A stretch of 64,000 bases of DNA from Myxococcota bacterium (GCA_039208735.1 JBCCQY010000020.1:13944-77943); one strand, 5' to 3'; numbered from the stretch's first letter, positions 9,973 to 20,971 are shown. Notes: generated by a model not told the origin, from the sequence alone. Made by a program: numbers and translations.

Positions 9973-10809
9973 TCAGCCCTCTGTTCCCTCGAACAAGGGG
10001 GTGAGTTCTCGAAGCGCACCGGCGAGATGCTGCAGGAGTGTGCGGACGCGCGCCGAACGCCGCAGGTCGGCGTGGGTCAGCACCCACAGTGACGAGTTGG
10101 TCGCCGCGAGAGTCCCCGGGACGCGCTCGATCCCAGGTGTCCGATCCCCGACGAAGCAGGGGAGGATGCAGCGGCCGACCCCCGATGCGACGGCTCGGGC
10201 CTGCAGGGCGGCCGAGTCGAAGCGGGCCACGACGGGCACATCGTCTGGGGTGACGTCGAGACGCCTCATGAAACCAGACCACCCGATCCAGTGCGAAGGG
10301 CGGGTGCCGATCGCGACATACTGAGCGCCCCAGATCTCGCAGATTCTTCGCCCCACCGCGCTTCCTGGAGGACCGGGGCTGCCGCGAACCGAGAGATCGG
10401 CCTCATTGCGGTCGAGGTTCCGCACTTCGTTTGCTGCGAAGACCTCGAGTTCGATCCGCGGATGTTCGTTTATGAACGCTTGGAGAGGTTCGATCAGGCA
10501 ATCGGCGAGGACATCGGCCGTGGCGATCCGCACGGTACCTTCGAGTTCAAGGTCCTCTCCGGACGCTCGACGGGAGAGCAAGGCGACTTCGGCCTCCACA
10601 CGCTCGGCGTGGAGTCGCACCGCCTCGGCGGCCTCAGACTGGACGAGGCCCCGAGCGCTCCGGACGAACAGCGGGGTGCCGAGTTCGTCCTCGAGGGCGC
10701 GGATGCGACGGCTTACCGTCGACTGGTTGACACCAAGGTCGGCGGCGGCCGAGGTCAACGAACCAGCTCTCACCGCAGCCAGAAAGTAGCGAATGTCGTC
10801 CCAGTCCAC
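9973..10809 (-). CDS. LysR family transcriptional regulator
   Basis: MDWDDIRYFLAAVRAGSLTSAAADLGVNQSTVSRRIRALE HTH plus substrate-binding domain. Confidence 0.95.
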   Translation of the reverse strand: MDWDDIRYFLAAVRAGSLTSAAADLGVNQSTVSRRIRALEDELGTPLFVRSARGLVQSEAAEAVRLHAERVEAEVALLSRRASGEDLELEGTVRIATADVLADCLIEPLQAFINEHPRIELEVFAANEVRNLDRNEADLSVRGSPGPPGSAVGRRICEIWGAQYVAIGTRPSHWIGWSGFMRRLDVTPDDVPVVARFDSAALQARAVASGVGRCILPCFVGDRTPGIERVPGTLAATNSSLWVLTHADLRRSARVRTLLQHLAGALRELTPLFEGTEG

Positions 10810-10823
10810 TCAGGTCCCCAAGC

Positions 10824-10850
10824 CATGCGTGTATGCATGACTCTAATGCA
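10824..10850. promoter_or_regulatory. putative LysR binding site in divergent intergenic region
   Basis: Overlapping dyads CATGC-N6-GCATG (10824-10839) and TGCAT-N7-ATGCA (10834-10850) between the LysR gene and the divergent gene. Confidence 0.4.
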
Positions 10851-10926
10851 AATTGGGTCGTGGATCCGCATCTGTGCATTGGTCATGAAGCTTCGGGAGC
10901 TCGAATGCTTCCGAGGAGGATTTCCG

Positions 10927-11883
10927 ATGAGTCGATTCATGCTTGTGTCGTTGACGCTGGCCCTAGGGGCATGCGCAAACGTCGCGTCCATTCCACTGCT
11001 CGGCAACGCCACATACCCCGAGGGCATTGCGGCTCACGCGCACACCCAAGAACTCTTCGTTGGGGGAGTGGCCAATGGCGATATCCAGCGCGTCGATGCC
11101 CAGGGAGAGGTCACCTTCTTCAAGGAGGCCCATGAGGATGGCTTGGCCAACGTGATTGGGCTGGCCGTCGACCCCGAACGGAACCGGCTGTTCGTGTGCT
11201 CGACTTCGTTCTTCGATCCAACCGTGGCACCTTCCCTCGTGGTATTCGATACGGTGACGGGAGATCGTCTCGCATCGCTGTCTGCACCCGACGACGGTTT
11301 GCCGCACTTCTTCAACGATGTCGCCGTAGATAGCGCAGGTCGCGCCTACGTCACCGACTCGTTTGCCCCCATTGTGTACACCGTGGGCGTCGAACTCGAG
11401 AGCCTCGACGTTCTCGCGACCGACCCCGCCTTCGTGCTCGACCCGCAGGGCTTCAACCTCAACGGCATTGCCATCACGACGGACGACCGCTTCGCGATTG
11501 CTTCGGTGGCAACCCTGGCCGGAATCGGGCAGCTGTTTCGGATCGGCCTCGATGATGGCTCCGTGCAGCCGCTCTCCACGCCAGCATCGTTCTCTGGGGT
11601 GGATGGTCTTCTCACGCTAAACGCTCGTACGATGGTTGGAATCGGGGGAAGTTCTTCGGTCCAGCGCTTCGACTTCAACGACAACTTCGACACCGTCAAC
11701 GTGACGAGCGTCCCTGAGGCCGACGAGTTCCTCGACTTTCCGACCACGGCAGCGCGGCTTGGCGCGCGGATTTTCGTCGTCAACAGCCAGTTGGACCATT
11801 TTGTGCCCGGCCAGCCAGCCTTCGGAACAGACCCGGAACTTCCGTTCGAAGTAGTTGGCTTTTCCAGCTGGTGGCTTCGTTAG
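10927..11883 (+). CDS. SMP-30/gluconolactonase-like beta-propeller lipoprotein
   Basis: SD GAGGAGGA, lipobox LGAC, motifs YPEGIA, FNDVAVDSAGRAYVTDS, LNGIAIT, FPTTA. Confidence 0.85.
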   Translation: MSRFMLVSLTLALGACANVASIPLLGNATYPEGIAAHAHTQELFVGGVANGDIQRVDAQGEVTFFKEAHEDGLANVIGLAVDPERNRLFVCSTSFFDPTVAPSLVVFDTVTGDRLASLSAPDDGLPHFFNDVAVDSAGRAYVTDSFAPIVYTVGVELESLDVLATDPAFVLDPQGFNLNGIAITTDDRFAIASVATLAGIGQLFRIGLDDGSVQPLSTPASFSGVDGLLTLNARTMVGIGGSSSVQRFDFNDNFDTVNVTSVPEADEFLDFPTTAARLGARIFVVNSQLDHFVPGQPAFGTDPELPFEVVGFSSWWLR

Positions 11884-11979
11884 CGCTCGGAACGTTTCAC
11901 AACCCTTGCAAACGGTTCCGAGGCAAAGAGGGGCGCGTTACCTCACTGACGAATCGACAATAACGTCAAGAGAGGAACG

Positions 11980-12303
11980 ATGAAAACGGTATCCCTGGCT
12001 TGCTTTTTCGGACTATCCCTCGTCGCGTGCGGAGAACAGACCTTCGTTTGCGTAGATTCCATTGAGCAAGGGGACGCCGATGGCCAGCTCGACGACTTTG
12101 TCGGACTCGAGGTTTGCTACGAGGTCGTAGGCACGCGGAGTGTGTGCACCGACGATGGTGGGAACGCGGTGGCCTACGACAACAATGAGCAAACCAGCGA
12201 TGAAGCCTGCCTGGCGGAGGGCTTCCGCTTCCGGTGTGGCCAGGCCGCCGCGGTGGGCACCGCAGAGGGGTGTCCCGAAGGGTTCGACGTCGTAGAGCTG
12301 TGA
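11980..12303 (+). CDS. small Cys-rich hypothetical lipoprotein
   Basis: SD GAGAGGA, lipobox LVAC, six further Cys in the mature part. Confidence 0.75.
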   Translation: MKTVSLACFFGLSLVACGEQTFVCVDSIEQGDADGQLDDFVGLEVCYEVVGTRSVCTDDGGNAVAYDNNEQTSDEACLAEGFRFRCGQAAAVGTAEGCPEGFDVVEL

Positions 12304-12305
12304 GC

Positions 12306-12695
12306 CTACGAACGCGAGGCACCCCAGGCCCCTACCCCCGCAAGCCCAACCACGTAGAGGCTCCAGCCCACGACGATGATTCCGGCCGCAAGCCCCGGGT
12401 CTCGGTAAAACATCAGGACCGACAACGTGGTCACCCAGCTCATAACGAACGCGCCTGGCACGCCGAAGGCGAAGGCCGATGCGGGACTTCCGCTGGCTGG
12501 GTGGACGACGGGCTTGGTGGACGTGACGGGAGGAATCTTATTGGCGACCATGTCTGCCTCCGTTTCTCGAAGGTAGAGCATGAAACGTGCCAGTCTCCTT
12601 AGTTCTTGAAAAAGCTGGACTTTCGACGGATTCGCCGTCGGTTCAGGGGGCGGTCTTGTGGCAACCGGCACATCTAGGTGTGTGGTGTGCCCCAC
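12306..12695 (-). CDS. hypothetical membrane protein
   Basis: 129-aa ORF filling the gap, with two C-terminal hydrophobic segments; start uncertain. Confidence 0.5.
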   Translation of the reverse strand: MGHTTHLDVPVATRPPPEPTANPSKVQLFQELRRLARFMLYLRETEADMVANKIPPVTSTKPVVHPASGSPASAFAFGVPGAFVMSWVTTLSVLMFYRDPGLAAGIIVVGWSLYVVGLAGVGAWGASRS

Positions 12696-12723
12696 CCGCT
12701 GTCGGCCTGCGAATGTCGTTTTG

Positions 12724-14478
12724 CTACAGCGATTTCAGGTAGTCGATCAGGGCGTTGAGCTCCTCGTCCTGGAGCTGTGATGTGACTCCGTGTGAGTCGC
12801 CACCGCCACACTCGGGATCGAGGAACCGGTCCCGCAGGGTTGGAGCGCACCCATCAGACATGTAGGGCGCCCGGGCTCCCACGGCGATGAGGCTGGGGGT
12901 CTTGGTCGGCACGGTTTGGCCTGGCCGCACGAGATGGCGTTGCGCGTCACTCATCTGGGGCCCCCGATGGCAATCGGCACAGCCCAACGCTGGGCTTTCG
13001 AACAGCATCTGGCCTGCGTAGATTTGCTCATCATCGCCTAGGTTCGGTTGGGTCGGCGGAAGCCTGTCCATCCATTCACCAAGGGCGGGAACATCGGGCA
13101 CCTCGCTGACCCCCATACGGCCGAGGAAGACGTCTTCCATGAGCTGGTCGAGTCGGGTGAACTCGCCATCCCAATGGAAGGGAGCACGTTGCATGACGCC
13201 CCCGGCCAGATTCTGGGTACGTCGAGGCCCGAGATCTTCGAAGAGCCAGACGTGGCCATCATCTTGGCCTTCGGGATGACACGTCGCACACGCCAGTCCC
13301 GACGGCGTCAGCTCGTGAAAGGCGTCGAAGGCTTCGTTTGAAGAATACGTGTCTCCAAGGTCGATCTGGACATCGAGGGAGGACAGGTGTGATGGCTCAC
13401 GTCGAAACACCACCGTTCGCCCATCGATGCGTACGATCGAAGTGGCGGGCATGGGCATTTCGAAGGCGTCCACCTCTGCAAAGTCAAGACAAGGCCCTTC
13501 GAACGGGTAGATGAAGGTGAAGGGAATGTAGGCGGCGGTGGTAAACGACAGCGGCGCACCCAGCAGCGGTGGGGCCAGATTGGGCACCCAGACCCCATCT
13601 GCTTCTACCCAAAAATCGTAGGCTGGACTGACGAACGGAAGGGCGGCGCTGGTCTCGATATCGTCTTCGTGAAGCCAGGTGAGGTGGGTGGTGCTCACCG
13701 TCTCACCGGTGCACACGTTGCCTCCTCCGTAGGCCGGGGTCGCCTCCTCCTTCCCTGGGTCCAGCTCGATCGGGCGATTGGATTGGGCGGAATGCAAGAC
13801 GAGAACGCCCCCGTCAGGGTGGGGGTGCATGCGCCACGCCACGCGGCCGGTCGATTCGGATTGCACGGTGGGCGAAAGGTCAGGAAGGGCTCGGTATTCC
13901 ACCTCCAACGTCGTGCGATCAAGCCGCATCACCTCGGAGCTTCGGAAGGACGAGACCCAGACCACGGCACCCTCGATCACCACATCGCGGAGGTCTGGAC
14001 CGGGTTGGGCCGACCGCTGGATCACAAGGTCTCGATCCAGTTCGACCAGATCGCCCGATGCGCAAGCGACGACCAGGCCATTTGCGTCTGTGTCGATCCC
14101 TCGGGGCTCGACACAGACGTTGGCGGTCGTGACCGTGAAATCGAGCAGGTTGAGCTTGGCCACCTGGCCGGTTCCTCGAAGCACCACGTAGGCCGAGTTT
14201 CCGTCGATGTGACTCCGAAAAGGAGCCGCACCTTCTTCGAACTGGAAGCGATGGACCAGTGCAAGGTCTGGGGTGGTGAGCGTGATGCGGTCGAGGCCAG
14301 GATCGGCCACGAGAATCCGCTGCTGATCCACGCTCATGGTGCCGCCATAGATCGGGGTGGTCCTCGAGGTCGCGACGGGCGGCTCCACCTCGGGTGGCGC
14401 ATCGGTGCGGTCCGGAGACGCGACCTGCACGGGTGCCTGGCAGCCGATTCCCACTCCGACCCACAGCGCGACCCTCAT
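12724..14478 (-). CDS. YncE-like beta-propeller plus di-heme cytochrome c (cytochrome c peroxidase/MauG-like) lipoprotein
   Basis: Lipobox GIGC; two CxxCH motifs (CATCH, CADCH); GPRRTQNL, APFHWDG, TPSL...APYMSDG motifs. Confidence 0.85.
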   Translation of the reverse strand: MRVALWVGVGIGCQAPVQVASPDRTDAPPEVEPPVATSRTTPIYGGTMSVDQQRILVADPGLDRITLTTPDLALVHRFQFEEGAAPFRSHIDGNSAYVVLRGTGQVAKLNLLDFTVTTANVCVEPRGIDTDANGLVVACASGDLVELDRDLVIQRSAQPGPDLRDVVIEGAVVWVSSFRSSEVMRLDRTTLEVEYRALPDLSPTVQSESTGRVAWRMHPHPDGGVLVLHSAQSNRPIELDPGKEEATPAYGGGNVCTGETVSTTHLTWLHEDDIETSAALPFVSPAYDFWVEADGVWVPNLAPPLLGAPLSFTTAAYIPFTFIYPFEGPCLDFAEVDAFEMPMPATSIVRIDGRTVVFRREPSHLSSLDVQIDLGDTYSSNEAFDAFHELTPSGLACATCHPEGQDDGHVWLFEDLGPRRTQNLAGGVMQRAPFHWDGEFTRLDQLMEDVFLGRMGVSEVPDVPALGEWMDRLPPTQPNLGDDEQIYAGQMLFESPALGCADCHRGPQMSDAQRHLVRPGQTVPTKTPSLIAVGARAPYMSDGCAPTLRDRFLDPECGGGDSHGVTSQLQDEELNALIDYLKSL

Positions 14479-14510
14479 ATGCCCTCCCGACGATGCGCGA
14501 TGAGGCGATT

Positions 14511-17159
14511 CTACCGCTCGCTACCCCTCGCGTTCGAGAGTCGCTGGTGCGCCCGCTGCAGCGTGTGCCCCAATAGGCCCGTGCGAGGGACGTGACCTCT
14601 TCGGAGTTGGTCATCCGTTTCGTCTAGCCGCTGTTGTGCGGCCTCCCAGTTCCCAAGTCGCCATTGAAGTTCCGCCTCGGCGCACCCAAGCTGAATGACC
14701 GCTGAAAAGTCATGGTTCTGTGGTTGAAGAGCGGCCAGGTTCTGAATCTCGACGGTGGCGCGGTCCACCCAACCCAACGCCAACGCGGCGTGGGCGCGTT
14801 CCCACTGAAGCGCCAGTGCTTCATACGTGGAGCAACGTTCGATCAGCCCCTGGTCTTCCATGAGGAGGAACCATGCCTTTTCCGGCTCAGACATCGCGCG
14901 ATAGACGCCTGCGAGAACGCTTGTGGCGTTGGCTCGGGCATCCTCAGGCCCATTGGTGGCATTCGCAAAGTCGTCTTGCGCGATGGACAGGGCTTCGGTG
15001 AGCCGACCCAGGGCCTGGAGCACGAAGACCTTGGCGCAGCGGCTCTTTGTCCATGCCGGCTCCTCGACCTGCTGGCCAAGCCTTGCCGCTTGTTGGGACT
15101 CCTGGAGCGAGTTGTCGAACGACCCGACACAGGCCAACGCGTGTGCGATGTGTCGCCGTATCGAGACTTCCCCGCTTCGATCACCCCGGGTCTCGTTGAC
15201 GGCTAGCGCACGCTGGTGGGCATGCAGGGCGGGAGCGAACCAGCCCTGTCGTTGGAGCACCACGCCAAGACTGTCCAGGGCGAGTTCCTCGAGAAAGCTG
15301 GAACGGGCCACCTGAGCCGCGCGTACCATGCGTTCGAATTTGCGTTTTGCGTTGGGGAGGTCGCCTCGATCGATGGCATTCATGCCCAAGCGTTGAGTGG
15401 CCACGGCATGCCCGTACGCGTCGTGATGTTCGAGTTGGATCAGGGCTTCTTCTGTGGCTTGTTCCGCCAATTCCGGTTCGTTTCGGTAGGCGTAAATGAG
15501 GCTTAGGCGCATGAGCGCATACCCAAGTCCCACGGAATCACCGGCCGCTCTGCACAATTCGGTTGCTTCGTGGGCGTAGGCGAACGCCACGTCGAGTTCT
15601 TGTTCCAACAGATAGAGCCAGGCGCGGAACCCAAGTGCGATGGCCCGTTCTCGAGGTTTTGCGAGGGGCAACACCCGATCGAGGAGTTCGGACAACAGGG
15701 AATGGGGCCCATTCAACCGAAGGGCCACATAGACCCCACAGGCGGTGGCGACCGCGACGTGCCGATCTTCTCGTTGGACGGCTCTTCGGCAAGCCACCAC
15801 CATGTCGTCGACGACCGCCAACAGGTCGTGGAACGGGAGGCTTCGCTCATCCCGATGGGCGCGGCGCAGGCGTGGTTCGGTCGCCAGCGACGCCAGGAGT
15901 TCTCCGTGGCGACGGTGCCCCGGGAGGCGCAGGGATTCCGGGACTGCCTCGGCCACAAATCGACGAATTAGCGGTGCAACGCGTAGCCGTGCGCCGTCTC
16001 GGCGCACCAACGCCACGCGTTGGAGGGCTTGAATGTCATCGATGACCTCCTCGAGCGACCCCTCGACCGTGCGCGCAGCCTGTTCCAGGGTAAACGGTCT
16101 GACCCATGCGGTGAGATCGACGAGGACTCGCTGGGCGGAGGGGGAAAGGCGTCCCCAGGTCGCTTCGAGGACGGCTTGAAGGCTGCGATGTCGCTCGTGG
16201 ACGTCTCGAGCATGCCGATTTCCCAGGAACGACAGGCGCCGCTGGACCAAGGCCAACACCTCATCCGCGGGCAATGATTGAAGACGATACGCGGCGAGTT
16301 CTAGCGCCAAGGGAATTCCGTCGAGTTCTTGCGCAAACTGCGAGCGAATCTTGTGGTCGATCGACAAGCCTGAGCGATCCTCAAGCAGCTGTTCGGCCAC
16401 CGACGTTCCCAGCCCGTCGATCCAATGAAGTTGCTCGATGGACAAGCCAATGGGCTCGCGGCTGGTCACGACAAAGAACGTCGTTGGGGCGGCGGTTGCC
16501 CACACAGGAAGCAGTTCCGTCAAGGCTTCGAGCGCATCTTCGGCATTGTCAAGGACGAGGACCGAGATGTGGGCCGCAGCAATCGCATGGCCCAAGGCCG
16601 CTGGCGAATCCGACCCTCTGCGAGCGCTGACCGCCCGCATGACGCGAACGAGGACGTCATCGACCGAAGAGGCTTCCGCGAGATTGACGAAACGTCCGGA
16701 CTGCTGACCCAAGAACTCCTGGGCGATGCGCGTTTTTCCAACGCCCGCGAGCCCGACCAACGTGACGATGCGGGTGCCCCTCGCCATGCGTGAGCTGAGC
16801 GCGCGAAGCTCTGCCTCGCGACCCAAGAAACTTGACTCCGGGGCGCGATGGCGCGGTATCTCGCGCACGGCCGGATCGCGGAGCCGATAGCCGCGTTTGG
16901 GTACGGTCTGAATGACGTTGCCCAACCGCTTGCGAAGCCGGCTCACGACCTTTGTGAGCGTCTCATCGCTGATCTCGGGCTCTTCGGGCCACAGGGCATC
17001 AAGCAAATCGTCCCGACTAAACAGCTGTCGAGGATGACGGACGAGCAGCAGGAGCAAACGCCACGGCAACGGTGGCAACGTCTTGGTTTGTTCTCCGACC
17101 ACGACGAGGCCGGCTGACACGTCGACCATTGCGCCGTTGCCGAGTCGATACCGTTCCAT
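14511..17159 (-). CDS. wHTH (OmpR/PhoB-type) - NB-ARC/STAND ATPase - TPR transcriptional regulator
   Basis: LLDALWP...VSRLRKRLG...TVPKRGYRL wHTH; Walker A GLAGVGKT; LVLDNAE; LDGIPLALELAA; TPR-like helices. Confidence 0.88.
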   Translation of the reverse strand: MERYRLGNGAMVDVSAGLVVVGEQTKTLPPLPWRLLLLLVRHPRQLFSRDDLLDALWPEEPEISDETLTKVVSRLRKRLGNVIQTVPKRGYRLRDPAVREIPRHRAPESSFLGREAELRALSSRMARGTRIVTLVGLAGVGKTRIAQEFLGQQSGRFVNLAEASSVDDVLVRVMRAVSARRGSDSPAALGHAIAAAHISVLVLDNAEDALEALTELLPVWATAAPTTFFVVTSREPIGLSIEQLHWIDGLGTSVAEQLLEDRSGLSIDHKIRSQFAQELDGIPLALELAAYRLQSLPADEVLALVQRRLSFLGNRHARDVHERHRSLQAVLEATWGRLSPSAQRVLVDLTAWVRPFTLEQAARTVEGSLEEVIDDIQALQRVALVRRDGARLRVAPLIRRFVAEAVPESLRLPGHRRHGELLASLATEPRLRRAHRDERSLPFHDLLAVVDDMVVACRRAVQREDRHVAVATACGVYVALRLNGPHSLLSELLDRVLPLAKPRERAIALGFRAWLYLLEQELDVAFAYAHEATELCRAAGDSVGLGYALMRLSLIYAYRNEPELAEQATEEALIQLEHHDAYGHAVATQRLGMNAIDRGDLPNAKRKFERMVRAAQVARSSFLEELALDSLGVVLQRQGWFAPALHAHQRALAVNETRGDRSGEVSIRRHIAHALACVGSFDNSLQESQQAARLGQQVEEPAWTKSRCAKVFVLQALGRLTEALSIAQDDFANATNGPEDARANATSVLAGVYRAMSEPEKAWFLLMEDQGLIERCSTYEALALQWERAHAALALGWVDRATVEIQNLAALQPQNHDFSAVIQLGCAEAELQWRLGNWEAAQQRLDETDDQLRRGHVPRTGLLGHTLQRAHQRLSNARGSER

Positions 17160-17236
17160 CACGGCCGAGACATACCATGGACGCGCGATGGAGACGGTCA
17201 AGGTTCCCGCAAGAACGTCATCTTGCGGCAGAGGGA

Positions 17237-18625
17237 TCAGTGGGCGATGGTCGGGTCGATTCCTCGTTCCCGAAGGATGTCAAGGACGATCGACAGTGGC
17301 GTCGGACCGTCGACATTGGGCGTCCGGTCGTTGACGATGTTGTCGTTTTCTCCGTGGAGGTCCACCTCGGGCAGAGGGATGCCTCCCTCCGAACCGAAAC
17401 ACCAGATCATCGCCTGATCCGCTTCACCAGGAACGACCAGGCACCCTCCGGGAAGGGCTGCGCCCGCTCCAAGCACACGTGCATAGCAGTCCGGACCTTG
17501 TCCGATGCAGCTTCGAACCGCTTCAGCGTCCGTAGCCGGCCCACAAAGAGGACCCAGGACACCGCTTCCACCACCGTCACCCAGACCCGTACGATCCTTC
17601 GGGGAGATCATAGGGCCTCGATCGGGGACCGAGATCGCATTCCGAATTCGTTCGGCGCGGCTGCCGTCTCGGTTTCCGTCGGGCAGCTTGATTTTGATTT
17701 CGATGTAGACCTCGTCGGGAGACAAGCTGCCATCGATGGCGTCGGCGGTTTCCTGTACGTTTTCGGGAATGATGTCTGGGTAGTTCCGCGGCGTTTCCCG
17801 CTCCGGGAAGCCTTCGGGGGGGTCGGGTTCCGGGGGGATGGTGGCCCGGTTCGGGTCATCGTCGTCCGGCCCGGGGAGGGGCCTCGATTCGCCTTCGGCG
17901 GGACCTCCATTGTTTTCCGGCGTGAGCGACTCTTCGACCTCCCGCTCGGCGCGTTCTTCGTCGGTCTCCAGCGGTTCGGCATCCGGTTGGGGCATCAGCC
18001 GACGGCGGCGCTCTTCCATTTCTTCGATCAACGCATCGACGAGGCTGCTCGTTCCCGAATCGCTCTCGCCATCGGCCACGGGATTGATCTCTCCGCAGTC
18101 TGGCAGGAGTAGCGAAGCGAAATCGTCGAGCAGGGACTCCGAGGGAGCGCCGCCCGAGCCGCCGGAGAAACCGCCGCCGCCTCCTCCGCCGCCGCTTGTG
18201 AACCCGCCGCACGGACCGAGATTGGCGAGCATGTCGTCGATGGCGTCCACATCTCGCAGCCCTTCGCTTCCCAGGCAGTCGCCGGCCAAGGCGGCCATGC
18301 CATCGGTGCTCACCATGATCGATTCGCGGAGGAATCCATTGATCTCGGCCACGGACCAGTTGAGCGACGTCTCGTCGGGTCCGATCGCTGCAACAACGAT
18401 CGAGTGATCCGCTTCGCTTACAATGGCCGCGAGCGTCCAATCCCCGACTTGGGTGTCGGCAATGTAGATGTCGTCGGTGAGGGGCTCGAGAACCGTTCCA
18501 CTGAAGTGGGTCTCGAGCAGATGATCTGCGGTCAACTCATCGGCATGAGCGATGCTCGCGGTGGTGAGTGCCAACAGCGAGGCGGCACCCAACTGAACAA
18601 CGTTCTTCAAGTCGGTCTCCTTCAA
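17237..18625 (-). CDS. secreted acidic hypothetical protein with Gly-rich and Pro/Glu-rich linkers
   Basis: Signal peptide ending ASIAHA-DE, poly-G linker, paired Cys; 462 aa. Confidence 0.7.
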   Translation of the reverse strand: MKETDLKNVVQLGAASLLALTTASIAHADELTADHLLETHFSGTVLEPLTDDIYIADTQVGDWTLAAIVSEADHSIVVAAIGPDETSLNWSVAEINGFLRESIMVSTDGMAALAGDCLGSEGLRDVDAIDDMLANLGPCGGFTSGGGGGGGGFSGGSGGAPSESLLDDFASLLLPDCGEINPVADGESDSGTSSLVDALIEEMEERRRRLMPQPDAEPLETDEERAEREVEESLTPENNGGPAEGESRPLPGPDDDDPNRATIPPEPDPPEGFPERETPRNYPDIIPENVQETADAIDGSLSPDEVYIEIKIKLPDGNRDGSRAERIRNAISVPDRGPMISPKDRTGLGDGGGSGVLGPLCGPATDAEAVRSCIGQGPDCYARVLGAGAALPGGCLVVPGEADQAMIWCFGSEGGIPLPEVDLHGENDNIVNDRTPNVDGPTPLSIVLDILRERGIDPTIAH

Positions 18626-18828
18626 GCGTGATTGGGACCATCAGCGGGGGGGAGCTGCGGCCTGGTCGATGTTCGGTTGGGTTCGCGAACGGCACCTGAC
18701 GAAAACCTGACTGCTCCGATTTCTCCTCTTCGAGTTGGATCTTTTGCCCTCCGGGGGCACGGCCCGCCGCCGGGAGTGGACGCATCTTGCTGTGAACCCA
18801 CGTTCGGTAGGCTCGGGGGGGAGAGTTC

Positions 18829-20971
18829 ATGGACGAGTTTCACTATGTGCGCATCCCGGGCGTCGACGGCGGCGTCGATTGCTGTGCCGGACCTGCCGTT
18901 GGCATCGAACTCGAGACGGTGCTCGCCGCGGGCGTACCCCCTTGGAAGGTCGGTCTCGAGCTGGTGGCGGCCCTGTGTGAGATCCTCGACATTGCGGACG
19001 CGGATGAGGTGACTCACGGCCTCGTCGAGCCGCAATTCATCTTCCTGGATGAGAAAGGAGCGCTCTGCCTCGAGGGCTTTGGCGTTCCTCGCGCATCCAA
19101 CGCACCGAACGCCAAACCGGGGCAGCGTGCCTCCGATCGGTATGGCCTGGGCTACACGGCCCTACGAATCTTGTCGGCCCGCCCGGTTGCGTTCCCCCTT
19201 TCCTCAGACATCGGCCAAAGACCACGATGATGCCGCCATCGACGCGGTACTCGAGATGGATCTTGCCGGGCTGGATCAGGCGATGCAGGAGGACGTACAG
19301 TGGTTTTTGGCCAAGTTGATGTCGTTTGAGCCGTCCGAACGTCCGAGCGCTCTGGATGCATGGAGGACGTTCATCGCCTTTGCCGCCACAACGGCTGGCC
19401 CGGAGTTGGCCAGTTGGGCATCCGACGTCGTGGCGGGAGGCGGGGAGCGAAGGGCGGTTGGACGTCAACCGACCATCGCCCCCGAACCCCTCGGCAACCC
19501 CACTCGGCTCCCGGGCCCCATGCCTACTCCGATGGCCTTCTCAGAGACCAATGAGGTCCTCTTTCAGCCTTACAACACGCTCTCTTCGTCGAAACCTCCG
19601 CGCGGCGTCGGTGGAGGAACGGCGACGGCGTACTGGAAACCCGAACAACTCGCCGCCATGTCGCAGGGCCGTGAGGATGCTCCCAAGCCAAGTCGCAAGG
19701 AGCCAGAGCCTTCCGCGCCCCTCGAATTCGAGGAAGTGCAAACGCCGTTGGCGGTCCCGACTGCCACGCTCTCTGCAGATGAGAAAGGTGGTCTATTCCT
19801 GGAATATGTTGTGGCGGGAGCTTCGGTGGATCAGCTGGACTTCTCCAGGGCCAACCTTCGCGGGGCTCGGCTTGACGGAGCCGATCTCTCGGGCGCCACG
19901 CTCGACCGGGCTGACTTGCGGGAGGCCTCGTTGCGCGGAGCGAGCCTGACGGGAACGGTCCTTGCCCGGAGCAACCTCGTGCGGGCAGATCTACGACGAG
20001 CCAGCTTGGAGAAGGCGGATCTGCACAACGCGCACTTGCTCGAAGCCAACCTCGAGGAGGCCAGTCTGTACCAGGCGAACCTCAGCCGCGCCGACGTGGT
20101 CGGGGCCAATCTTTCCGCCACAAATCTCCGGGGTGTGGATCTATCCACGACGCAGGTCAGGTTCGCCCAAATCACCCCGGAGACCTATCGCAAGAGCAAG
20201 TGGACGTTCGAAGAACTGGCCGAGCTGCACGAGCGGGGAGCCTCGATTGGAGGCCTTGCCGACGAATTGGCACGCGCCGCGAAGCCCGGGCTCACCCTTT
20301 ATTTCCGGACGGGCCTATCCGATCTTGATCACGCCGCCGTGCTCGTCTTGCTGCATGAATTCAAGGTCCTCCATCCAGATAGCGACCTCCGTCTGGCCGA
20401 GTTCGAAAACACGGGAACTCGGGCCCGATTGAACATCCGAGGATCGAACGAGGACCACCTCGCCCTCGTTGCGGAGTGGCTGCAACAGCGACCTTGGGAA
20501 CCCCCATCCCAGACCCGCCCGTCTTCGAGCAACGAACTCGTTCCCCTCGACACGCGGCCCTTTGCAGGTCCCAATGCCGAACAGATTTCGTTTGTGTGGG
20601 ACCGGACGGGCCGCATGGAGCTTTGGCGTCGTGTGTCGAACCGCCTTGTCAGGCTGAAGACCTACAACAACGACCCGCCATCTGCCTTGTTGCTTCACTA
20701 CCGACTTCTTGTCACCGCGTTTACGCCTTCTGAACTGGAGCGGCTCGTTCCACTCCATCGTGCGGATGTGGCGCTGGAGGTCAACTTCAGCGGTTCGAGC
20801 AAGGCTGTGGCGAGCCAGGTCGCATCCGTCATGGAGCGGTGCGTCGTGTCACTGGATTGGTTTCGTGTGCTCATGACGGAACGGCCCTTGCTTGCTGGCC
20901 AGATCGCGTTCGTGGCCGCGACGTACGGCTTTCAGGACATGGGTTTGATCGAGACCGCCCAAGCGAGATGA
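18829..20971 (+). pseudogene. frameshifted pseudokinase - pentapeptide repeat - EAD1-like protein
   Basis: 18829..19230 carries degenerate kinase motifs (HGLVEPQFIFLD, EGFG, SDRYGLG). The C-lobe (LMSFEPSERPSA) continues in the +1 frame (ORF 19049..20971) after about 19175-19215, followed by A(D/N)LXX repeats and a C-terminal helical domain. Confidence 0.7.

Noticed and set aside
10291..10926. Long N-terminal extension of the propeller ORF
   Set aside because: It overlaps the LysR gene antisense; SD and lipobox place the start at 10927.
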